NCBI GenBank assembly: GCA_051294905.1
Contig: CM119371.1
Coordinates: 32,490,001 to 32,554,000 of the forward strand
Direction: 5' to 3'
Length of the DNA stretch: 64,000 bases
Origin: Botryllus schlosseri
Taxonomy: Eukaryota
A model generated the notes under the pieces. It was not told where the DNA came from, searched no databases, and was given only the letters and a program-made list of their open reading frames with translations. The position numbers and the translations under genes are program-made. Position 1 is the stretch's first letter. Each line of letters begins with the position of its first letter. Below, in pieces: positions 24,636-34,858 of this stretch.

Positions 24636-25615
24636 GTGGTGACCCGCAATATATGTGAGTGATATTAGTATCGGCCGAACCAATGTAAAACATCGAACGC
24701 TGCTGCATTACGATCAAAAGTGGTTTCACTGCTCCGCACCAGCCTCCTAAAATATGTCAATTTCTCCATCTAACTCCAATTAAACAACAGAATACTGTTC
24801 ATAATCGAAAGCTATTGTTTCCTCTTTGATTCCGGCTGGTCGGGACAACGGAACGACCGCGAAATAGCTGTCTAAGTTTGAACATCGGCATTGTTCCGAA
24901 TATTCGCTCGATATAATTTCCATTATCATGGTCAATTTGGTCATCGTGTTGCGGCGCTCCGATTATTTGGAACAATCGGTCTTGATGGCTGTTTCGGATT
25001 GGTCCAATTGCCATGCTCACATTTTAATTTGTGTTTTCGGAATCAGTGCGACACTAGCTTTTGATTTAGACCAGTGGATTAAATTTGAGGTCTCGGGTCG
25101 CCATGCAGCTATAGGACTACAAATTATACGCTGCTTTTAGCCGGCTGTGTACTCTGTGCACTGTGCAGTAGGGGTCTTCAAAATGACTTCTTTTCTCTAT
25201 TTGTACTGGCTACTTGATAAAATTGTGAGGTTAGCTAATTTAGGCCTACACGCCAAATTACAACCAGTATAGCCTCAATTCCAACCAGTATAGCCTCATT
25301 GCTACAGGAGAAATAAGTTTCTATTTATCACATAAAAATAAATACCAATATAATTGAAAATTATCTGTTCGCTCCATCAAAGTGTTAGGTTGTCTACAGA
25401 AACGATGTTCACCAAATTTGGTTCAAACCCAAGTCGTGGAAGTGGAGTTATTGCAGTCGCAAAATTTGGATTTGAATAAAATAGTAAATTAGTAATAATA
25501 AATATTTAAAGAATTGGTCACCGTAAATACTATTTTATTCATAATCCAAATTCTTCGACGGCCATAACTCCGCTTCCACTGGTTGGAATTGAACCAAACT
25601 TGGTGAACATCGTTT

Positions 25616-25891
25616 GTTTGTTTGTTTTTGGGGTATTCATGGTGTTTGTCGACTACTATGGTCATTTACACCAGGCCGATATTCTTCTTAATATCCGTAA
25701 CTGCCGACTTATAGCACGGCCCACCTCTAGGCTTTTGTAAGACACCGCTGACGCGGATGAGGTGGCGAGGAGGAGCCTAGGTAAACCTCCAACACTTAGG
25801 TATCGGAATTCGGAAGTCGACCTCGGTCGGACTCGAACCCGCACCCATTGGTGTTGCAGCCGCGGATTATACCACTGCGCTATCTCGCCAC
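25616..25891 (-). mobile_element. Full-length tRNA-derived SINE
   Basis: A box TAGCGCAGTGG, B box GGTTCGAGTCC and (CAAA)n tail. 13-bp TSD GTGAACATCGTTT (25603-25615 / 25892-25904). Confidence 0.92.
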
Positions 25892-26596
25892 GTGAACATC
25901 GTTTCTATAGACAGCCTAACACTTTCATGGGGTGAACAGAAATTTTCAAATGTTTTGGTATTTACTTGTATATAGTAAATAGAAACTTTCTTCTCTTGTA
26001 GCAATGTGTCTACTGGTTGGAATTGAGCCAAAGTTGGTGTGTAGGCTTGCATTGGGTACGGTTCTCAACATTAAATGACTTGGGAACCCCTGTGGCCGAG
26101 CTGGGCAATTATTTTTCTGAGAATAACAAGCAGAAATACGTTGAAGGATAAGTCAAAAGTTGGCACTATATGTAGTGTATGAATTCTAAAATGATGTTAG
26201 TCTGAGTTTTAGTTCTAGTAGCGGATTTTGAAAAGTGAGTAGTTCTAGTTTAAGTTGCGGATTTTAAGAAGTTGTTAGTTCTAGTTTTAGTTTTAGTTAT
26301 CGTTCCGGGATTGAAAAATAATGAGTAGCTCTAGTTCTAGTTCTAGTTCTAGTTGTCCTTTTTGCATATCGAGTAGTTTGTATAAGTCTGAGCATGAGTC
26401 AGGGTTGTATCCAAATCACAAGGCTTCGAGTCACAAGTAAATCTCATTGATACAGTGTTGAATCGCGTCATTTTCAATTCGACACCGAGTCAAGTCAGGG
26501 TGCAGAGGGTCAAGTCCGAGTCATAGTCTTATGATTCGAGTCCGAGTCTGTGTCATTGTGTTGACTGCTCAGTTTCCTGTTGAAGTCTTGTTATAC

Positions 26597-26879
26597 TAGG
26601 GTTACCATACGTCCTCTTTAAAGAAGATTTGTCCTCTATTTTGAATTTTTTGAAAGTGTCCTCGGAGGACGCCCTTTTGTCCTTTTTTTGAGTCAACCAC
26701 CTGACAATGTGGAGGAAAATCTGTATTTTGGGCGTTGAGCGAGTAAGTTGACTTTTTTTGGTCAACCGACCTCAAAGTAGAAAAAATTTGCCATTTTTTG
26801 AGAATTCACCTCCGGATTTGCAAGTCTGAAAATTCTGAATAAGTGTCCTTTTCAGATTTTCAAAAATGTTGTAACGCTA
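26597..26879. mobile_element. hAT MITE (TAGGGTTACCA end)
   Basis: Perfect TSD TGTTATAC (26589-26596 / 26880-26887) and imperfect TIR. Confidence 0.82.
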
Positions 26880-27570
26880 TGTTATACCCATTTTATTATA
26901 ACACTGTTTGGTGATATCGAATGGTTCGCATTTATTAAATACTAATTTTCCTCAATTTTGGCCGTTTCTGCTCGCATTTTCAAGTACCAAACCAATAGAT
27001 GAAATCCCGACAGTATGGTCACTTCACTATTTTTCGAAATTGCAATGAAATGACGGTCTTGGTCGCAGGGTTGTAATGACTCGAGTCAGACTCGAGTCAC
27101 GATTTTTTTATGACTCGACTTGACTCGAGTCAATTTCTTGAAATGGGAAAATGACTCGACTCGACTCGAGTCAATATTTGGATTGACTCGACTTGTACTC
27201 GAGTCATTACGCATGACTCGACCCAAGTCATTGACTCGGCTTATTTTATATGACTTGAAGATGAAGAAATTTGCGAATCATAATGGCTATAGATCAACGC
27301 ATCCGACGAATTCTGCCGACATCGCTATTTGTCACCACTGCTTTCTTCGCACTTGTCTCATATCAGATATGCCGCCGTAAAAACAACAGAAAATGTACAT
27401 AGTAGCAATGCATTGTACAAAATCGTCCAGTGATGAAGAGGTAATAGATCCTCCGCAATTAAAGTACTCAAGACTTTTCAATTATACAAGCAAGCAATTG
27501 AATCAAAATTCAATTAGAGCCAATGAAATGACTCAGATGGTGAAGAGATGATAAGCTCATGTGTAGATTT

Positions 27571-27792
27571 GAAGGCGATGATTCTTTGCATTTTTGGGCG
27601 ACTAGAAAGAATGAGTATTGAATGATATTCAGTGTGGTTCAAAAATGCTTGTCAATTCCTGCATCAAGTTCTAGTGCACTAGTGGAACGTGTATTCAGTA
27701 TATGTGGATTCATTTTATGGCCATGCCGCTTTAACATATTTGAGGATCTCCTTTCCACATTAGTATTTTTGAGGTGTAACTCATTGATTTGA
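27571..27792 (+). pseudogene. hAT (Ac/ZBED-type) transposase dimerisation-domain remnant
   Basis: Translates as EGDDSLHFWATRKNEY*MIFSVVQKCLSIPASSSSALVERVFSICGFILWPCRFNIFEDLLSTLVFLRCNSLI*. Confidence 0.85.
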
Positions 27793-27902
27793 TCTGCTGT
27801 CTGTGAAAACACACAATGCCCCTCGTCCATTTGACGTTTTGTTAGGTATGTGCATTGTGCACGTGAGTAATAATGAATGGCTAATGTTATGTGAAGTTTG
27901 TA

Positions 27903-28392
27903 CAATATGGCTGTTCTAAAATAACTTCTTTTTTTATTTTACTGGGTGGTTACTTGATAAAATTGTTATGTTGCATAGAAGGAACACTGAATCTGGCTTA
28001 ATTTGAAAAAAGTGGAATCAATGATGTAAGAGGAGAATATTTTGGATTTGAAAATAAATGGAGTATTTTAGTGAGAAATTCTTTCATATAATATAATACA
28101 TAGTAGTAAGCCGACTATTTTTTCATATCCAAAACATTCTAATCTAATAACTTCACTTTTTCTAGTTGGAATGGAGTCAAATTTGCTATGAATCATATTT
28201 TTACACAATGTAGCAATATCATGAGATAGCCGGTAAAATTCGAAAATATCTATTTGAAATTAGTCTAAAATTTTCTTTCATAGCATTGCTTTCTACTGGT
28301 TGGAATTGAGCCAAATTTGATTTTTTAGGCAATCTAGCAATTTTAAGAAGTAGCCGGAATATTTGAAAAAATGTTTTTGAACAGCCCCATTG
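27903..28392. mobile_element. Foldback-like MITE with TA TSD
   Basis: TA|CAATATGGCTGTTC ... GAACAGCCCCATTG|TA with long imperfect arms. Related to the palindromic element at ~25165-26050 and the half copy at 40890-41185. Confidence 0.65.
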
Positions 28393-30202
28393 TACAATTA
28401 TTTCTGCAATGCTGTAACTGCGATGTAGTCTGTAATGCACTTTAGTATAATCAAAAGGTATCTGTTCTGTTGTCACTGCACAATGTACATAGTTGCATGC
28501 ACGCTTTTACAGCATGCTGGCCTGTTGCAAATACCTCTACATAAACATGCATCTATTGATTCTCTATCAACTATAGTATCTTGACGTGAATTTGTTGGTT
28601 CTCTATCAGATAGTATGTAGACGTGAATTCGTTGGCTCTCTATCAGCTATTCGTGAGCTATCGTCGATGTGCTCATAATAAAAACTGAATGCTTGTATTG
28701 GTGATGTATCAGACTGACAAGAGAGATATTTGATTTTAAGGTCTAAGATTAGTAAAGTTATCTTTAGCATCGGTAAATGAGGCCAGGACCCGTCCGTTAT
28801 CTGCCTAAATAAACACTTGTCAAGACTCTGATAGGGGCAAAATGAGCATGTTTCGCAAACAAGGAATTCGATATCACCCAAGCAGGATTGAAAACATGAG
28901 TTGAACATGACTTCAATACTGTGACTTGGACTCGACTCGAGTCATAACACCATGACTCGGACTTGACCCCTTAAACGGTGACTTGGACTCGGACTCGAGT
29001 CTGTGATGAATTGAAAATGACTCGACTCGAGTCAATACCACAAAAGTATGATTGACCCGTGACTCGGAACCATGTGACTTGGTTACAACCCTGCTTGGTC
29101 GGTAGAGTCTCGATTCATATGACTCGGTTCGAGTCATGAACCGTATTTTGAGAAAATGACCCGAGTCGAGTCATCAGAAAGTTGTGACTGGAGTCGGATT
29201 CGAGTCATTATAGAACCCTTGTATGAACCCGTGCTCGATGGTTGTTATAGCAACCAGGGTTGAAATGACTCGAGTAAAGACTCGACTGGAGTCGAGTCAT
29301 GTTTTCAAAATACGGAAATGACTCGACTCGAGTCAATCTGTGTATTGACTCCACTTGGACTTCATTTCGCATGACTCGAGCCAAGTCATATGACTTGAGA
29401 ATCAGACGACCAAGACCGACATTTCATTGTAATTTCGAAGAATAGTAAAGTCACCGCACTATTGGGATTTCATCTATTGGTACTGGTACTTGAAAATGCG
29501 ACCAAAAACTGTTCGAAGTGTGAAAAGTTAGTATGTTATAAATGCGAACCGGAATCGCCTATGCGTAACAAAAACAAATTTCTTTAGTGAGGAACACTGA
29601 CTCCCAAGTTTTATTTCTTTGTGGAGCTCATCATTTTCTTCTGCTGTTCGCATATGTACTGTGAAGCTAAAATTGATCGAATGAAGTCTTATTGAATCAC
29701 GCAGGGCGCGAAGAAAATTTCGAGATTACTGAATCTCTTAAAGAATTTAGGAGTAAAATCGTGAAGCCCATTTGCAGGTCCACTGCCGTCAACACATAGT
29801 AATTGAATCACATGTCAACGGCCGTATAAATTTACTTCTACGGACGCAGGTTGGCCACCCCTTGCAATATAGGGATAGCATATTTTGAGACCCAAAATCA
29901 GGCACTCATTACAAATTCGAAATTTATTATATTGGACGCGAATACGGGTAATTTGAAAACCTATATAGGAAATCCTGTTATGTTGCCCTAAAAAAGTTAT
30001 GTTGACATCTCCACTCCTGCAAAACCATCGAAGTAGCTCGCAACTCGTAAGTTTAAACAAACTTCGCTAAGTTGCGACCGTACGAGTTCATGACCTTCAG
30101 CAGTAGAATAAATGCAAAGTCGTATTTCTTTGTAGCTGCATAGTCGTAACGGTAATTTGGATGAAATTTTATTGTTATTGACGGCTTACCAGCAAAAAGG
30201 TT

Positions 30203-30208
30203 GAGAGA

Positions 30209-30240
<32 letters not shown>
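30203..30240. repeat. (GA)n microsatellite
   Basis: Visible dinucleotide run; a longer paralogous run is at 58512-58562. Confidence 0.95.
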
Positions 30241-30551
30241 ACCATAGCCATAGATGTCAATAGTTTCTCAGTGCTTAGTGCTCAGAATTTCACATCCCTT
30301 GGTGGATTTGAGGGGATTTCGGTATTCTGGCATAGTCAATATTTGGACTTACGGAATCAGTGCGTCGATAGCATTTGATTGATGCTAGTTATTATAAATT
30401 ATCAGCTGTCCATGATGAATTACATTATCGAGGTGAGGCACGACTGGCAATTATCTTATACTTGTCCAGACGACAGGTGAGGTATTGCCTCACTCCCCTT
30501 CCTGACTGCACGTCACTGAAATGATCCCTCCGCAGTACCATGCTTATTGCT

Positions 30552-32351
30552 TAGGGCCGTAACAGTACGTCGTCAGCCCCCCTCAAAACGGTGGTTTCGG
30601 GCCCCCATACGATGATATACCAAACTGCTGGGGTGCTTCTCCCCCCAGACCCCTCAGGCTGCACGCTGTTTACCGCTACTTGTAATCTACATTGGAGGCC
30701 GTTTACTGAAGCAGCATTTCTGGCGTTAATGCGCGAAGCGCGAAAGATTTCTATTATTCATGAATGAATCGGTCAATAAGATCGGGAGTTGCATGTATAT
30801 TGTTATTGCAATCAATTTCTTGTCCTCTCTGCTCACGTAATCAGATTTACCGGTAGAGCTGACTGAGGTGTCTTGGATAGGCTACTGTATGGCCCGTTGG
30901 TATGACTCCGTAGCATGATGTTATTTCATGACCTCCTGTCTGCTATATCAACAAAAAAAAAAGAATCGCCCAAACGTAGGCTATTAAACTAAAAGACGCA
31001 CACGATTTTAAATTGGTATTTCTTCACTGGCATATAATTTTTCCCTGCGTGATGGTATATGTCTTGTGAGGTTCAGATTGCCGAGACAAGAACATTCGGC
31101 AGCCGTCATTTAGGCGCCTATGGACAATTAAACCTGTATGTGCATATGTGCATATAACGAAGTTTTCGGTCAGCACAAGGGCAGTCCTTTTCGGCCAAGG
31201 TTTTCTCGCTGCCGATCGTTCTGGCACACTTCTTGGAGTCGCATGTTACATGGCTTAAAACACTGGTTCTCAATTTTTTGTCTTCGCGGACCCCTTTTGG
31301 ACCACCACGGACCCCGCAGACCCCCTCAAGTTTTCGTTCAAAATTAGCTCGATTATCGCGCAACCGCCATCTGTCTCGTGCAGATACTGATTGTAGGCTA
31401 TTGATAAACAGCAACAAAATGGCTTTTCTTGAAAATAGCATCACAGTATATGTAAAAAATGGGTAGACTTTTATTATATAGTAACGAATTTTGCAGCTGT
31501 ATTTATTGTCTTGAAAATCCGTCACTTCGATTGGATACGAACGAGTGCCAAAAATCCATTTTCACACATATATATTGGTGGCGAATGTAATATTAACGCG
31601 TAACGCTTTCGACGACAGATTTTTGTTGTGAGTTTTTAATAAAAAGTTCACGTCCAGCCTAGTCGTTTCTATCTATGATCTCACCTTGAAGTTATTTAGT
31701 GGTTATATCACAGGAGTAAATGGATTTCTTGGAGAGGTTTCAATTCCTTCATTGGGACAGATTAGGAAAAAAAATAAGGAATTTATATTTAAACGACTGT
31801 TTGATAATTTGCTGAGACTGACAACTCCAAATCAAAAGTGCTACCTCTAACATTTCATTTTTCCACAGACCCCAACAAAACATCTCTAAACAGTAGGATG
31901 TGTCATCTCAGACGACCATTTTAATGATGTGAGTCCTAAAGTTTGAGCAATTATGAAGCGAACCCGTCATGCCTTTCCCAATTAAAAAAAGGTTATCAAT
32001 CACGTTACAAATTTAGAGGTTTCGCGGACCCCTGAAAATGCTTCGCGGACCCCCGGTTGAGAACCACTGACCTAAAATTTTATATGTGTTGGTGCATCGT
32101 GGCGCGGTAATGGCCAACGCCGAAATGCCCATTTTTATAAATCTTGCGTGTTTTTTCTTTAGGGAAGGTAACCAAAAATCAAGATATTTGGCAACTTAAA
32201 ATCGCGCCCAGCGCAAAATGTTTTTGAAATAGTTTCATAAATATTTTAAAAAAACTCTATAATTTATGCTAATTCACTAAATAATTTTGGGCCCCTGTCG
32301 AGCTCGCACCCTCCAAATTGGGGGGTTTGGAGTGCGACAGTTAAGGTCCTG
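30552..32351. mobile_element. CAGGACCGTAAC-family hAT element containing a nested MITE
   Basis: Right end GTTAAGGTCCTG is followed by CTTATATA. Paralog of 58884-62666, where the TSD is perfect. Confidence 0.75.
31261..32069. mobile_element. hAT MITE (CA(C/G)TGGTTCTCAA ends)
   Basis: TSD GCTTAAAA / ACCTAAAA. Paralog at 61615-62435; related sequence at ~270-1030. Confidence 0.8.
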
Positions 32352-32842
32352 CTTATATAATAATGGATATTAATATTAATAATTAATAATGCATATATAT
32401 TAATGCATAGGGCATATACCGTAAGTCAATCCACACTAGTTTCAATGTGGAACAGACGGTTTGGCAAACGGGTCCACGAAAAGTATTTTGTCTTTGAAAC
32501 CGCTCCGCAGAGCTAAAATGGTTGCCGACCCCTTCCTTAATACACACTTTATAGGGTTGTGTTCTGTGCATCCTTCAACTATTTGAAATCTTTTTATATC
32601 TGAAAACTCCTCAAAATATCAATGACTTTAGACAGACACACATTGAGCAAGCACGTGCATTGCAGTTTTGCACCAAAGCCACCCATGGTATGTATAATTT
32701 TGCTATGTCTTAAATTGGAACTTCTATGAGTACGTTTCTGTGACTTCATTCTACGCTCAGCTCAGATAAGTGTTCTTGAGATGGTCTATCCACAATGTCT
32801 GAATCTCAAAAACTTCAGATATTCAATACTAAACCAGCTAAT

Positions 32843-33286
32843 CAGTGGTTCCCAACTGGGGGGGGGGTTGATATTATTAGGGGGGAATCTGACTTTGGCG
32901 TAGTATCGGAAGATACACTGGGTTCACATGGTTTATAGATTATTGTAGTATTGAACTGTAGAAATTATTTCTTTACAATTGTACCTTTCTTTGGCCGATT
33001 TTAAGCTAGGTGGCGGATTTCACTGTCTTCCGTAGATAATACACCCCCTGATAAAGTGAGGCTCTCGAGGGTCAAATTTAACTGTACTTTACCGAAGTGT
33101 AGTACGGTCCCCAATCGACAGGAATCGGACATAACTGAATATGTTTGGTCATTAATTGCTCAGTCAACAAGTGGCTGGGCGTTAAAAAGCACCTTTTTTA
33201 GTCACAGGCAAATTTTTCATAGGGGGGAATTTTTGCTTAAATATCGGCCATTGGGGCCACGAGACGAAAAAGGTTGGGAACCACTG
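32843..33286. mobile_element. hAT MITE (CAGTGGTTCCCAAC family) in the 3' flank of ZNF array 2
   Basis: 14-bp TIR. Right TSD is AGCTAACA; the left copy is degenerate (AGCTAAT). Confidence 0.85.
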
Positions 33287-33661
33287 AGCTAACAGAATAC
33301 ATATCTGTAAAAGTATCAGTAATAATCACCCACGTTACAAGAACTGCAGCAGAGACTTTATTAAGCGTCTAACCGTCGAAGCGGCTAGATGCGAAAGACA
33401 CAGGAACAACACAAGACATCACTACTATAACCGGGAGCGGTATAGAGCACGGCTGCCACATATCGACTGCAATTGTACATGTGAATATCCCTATGCATTT
33501 TATGAAACGTCCATGAATTTACGTCAGGAAATATTGGAGAATAAAATCGAATAATTGGACGGAGATGAAAAAAAACTTTTTTCAGATACTTGAATGTAAT
33601 ACATGTTAATGACTTCACCCCTGGAGTAACCCTTCGCAGTATATGCTGTCCCCCATGCATT

Positions 33662-34858
33662 TCATCCATGATTGTTGCTGCCAGTATGCACATTCATATG
33701 TCGCTGGAGGTTATTCTTCTGAGTAAACGCTCTCCCACATAAATCACATTTATGATTTTTGATGCCACCATGTATATACATATGAAGCTTGAGGAGACCC
33801 TTCTGAGAAAATGCTTTACCACAAACATCACATTCATGTTTTTTGACACCAGCATGCATATCCATATGTTTCCTGAGATTATTTTTTTGAGTAAATGCCT
33901 TCCCACATACATCACACCCATGATTTTTGATGCCAGTATGCACATTCATATGTCGCTGGAGGTTATTCTTCTGAGTAAACGCTCTCCCACATAAATCACA
34001 TTTATGATTTTTGATGCCACCATGTATATACATATGAAGCTTGAGGAGACCCTTCCGAGTAAATGCTTTCCCACATACATCACATCCATGGTCTTTGATG
34101 CCAGTATGGATATTCATATGTTGCCTGAGTGCATGTTTATAAGTAAATGCCTTTCCACATATATCACATTTATGTTTTTTGATGCCAGCGTGCATCTTCA
34201 TATGAACCCCGAGGCTCTTCATCTGGGCTAATGTCTTCCCACATACATCACATTTAATACCTTTTCTGCCAATATGCGTTTTCATATGACAATTGCGATC
34301 AATCTTCCTAATGAATGCTTTCCCACATATCTCACATTGATGTTTTTTGACGTCATCATGAGTATTCATATGAAGTTTAAGGCAACGGTTACTAGTAAAT
34401 GCTTTATCACATACATCACATTTACGATTTTTGATGCCGGAATGCATCGCCATATGACTATTGAGGTCATTCTTCCTCAAAAATGGTTTACCACAAACAT
34501 CACATTCATGATTTTTGACACCAGCATGCATATCCATATGATGGTTGAGGTGGGCCTTCTGAGTAAATGCTCTCCCACATACATCACATTCATGTCTTTT
34601 GACGTCAGCGTGCATATCCATATGAGACTTGAGGTAGCTCTTCAGATGAAACGATTTCCCACATATAGCACATTCAAGACTTTTGATACCAACATGCATA
34701 TTCATATGTCGCTTGAGGTCACCCTTCATAGTAAATGTTCTCCCACATACATCACATATATGAGTTTTGGTGTAGACGTTTCGAGAGAATTCTTTTTTGG
34801 CAACATCGCATGGATGATCTTTCAAGTCGTGATGAATAGATAATTTTTCTGACTCCAT
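33662..34858 (-). CDS. Tandem C2H2 zinc-finger array 2 (13 fingers); first in-frame ATG at 34858, true 5' structure uncertain
   Basis: Lies within the 422-aa ORF 33662-34930, which opens on TTG. Contains 13 C-x2-C...H-x3-H units with all zinc ligands intact. The stop TGA sits at the first-Cys position of a degenerate 14th finger. An in-frame TGA lies upstream at 34961-34963. Confidence 0.88.
   Translation of the reverse strand: MESEKLSIHHDLKDHPCDVAKKEFSRNVYTKTHICDVCGRTFTMKGDLKRHMNMHVGIKSLECAICGKSFHLKSYLKSHMDMHADVKRHECDVCGRAFTQKAHLNHHMDMHAGVKNHECDVCGKPFLRKNDLNSHMAMHSGIKNRKCDVCDKAFTSNRCLKLHMNTHDDVKKHQCEICGKAFIRKIDRNCHMKTHIGRKGIKCDVCGKTLAQMKSLGVHMKMHAGIKKHKCDICGKAFTYKHALRQHMNIHTGIKDHGCDVCGKAFTRKGLLKLHMYIHGGIKNHKCDLCGRAFTQKNNLQRHMNVHTGIKNHGCDVCGKAFTQKNNLRKHMDMHAGVKKHECDVCGKAFSQKGLLKLHMYIHGGIKNHKCDLCGRAFTQKNNLQRHMNVHTGSNNHG

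Larger units (their letters stand above)
27066..29093 (+). mobile_element. Internally deleted hAT transposon of the GACTCGA family, carrying a transposase remnant
   Basis: TIR CAGGGTTGTAA / TTACAACCCTG with perfect TSD CTTGGTCG (27058-27065 / 29094-29101). Confidence 0.9.
26400..29220. mobile_element. GACTCGA-family MITE in reverse orientation, interrupted by two insertions
   Basis: Left end is CAGGGTTGTAT. The internal sequence is the reverse complement of 23127-23684 and resumes at 29102 after the 27066-29093 insertion. Confidence 0.7.
17640..32842 (+). repeat. Segmental duplication, copy A (paralogous to ~49557-63164)
   Basis: Colinear similarity at 17645~49561, 18180~50100, 20630~51145, 22300~53540, 24110~54760, 29555~57870, 30250~58570 and 32400~62720, interrupted by copy-specific insertions. 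The block 24830-29550 has no counterpart in copy B. Confidence 0.9.

Noticed and set aside
25810..25891. tRNA gene (also 43480-43550)
   Set aside because: A and B boxes are present but there is no convincing cloverleaf. Both continue into a SINE core, and the 25616 element has a tail and TSD.
31024..31525. Recurrent short ORFs (CDSKKCARTIG... at 31.1, 37.9, 44.6 and 61.5 kb)
   Set aside because: They are internal sequence of the CAGGACCGTAAC MITE family and the frames are not conserved.
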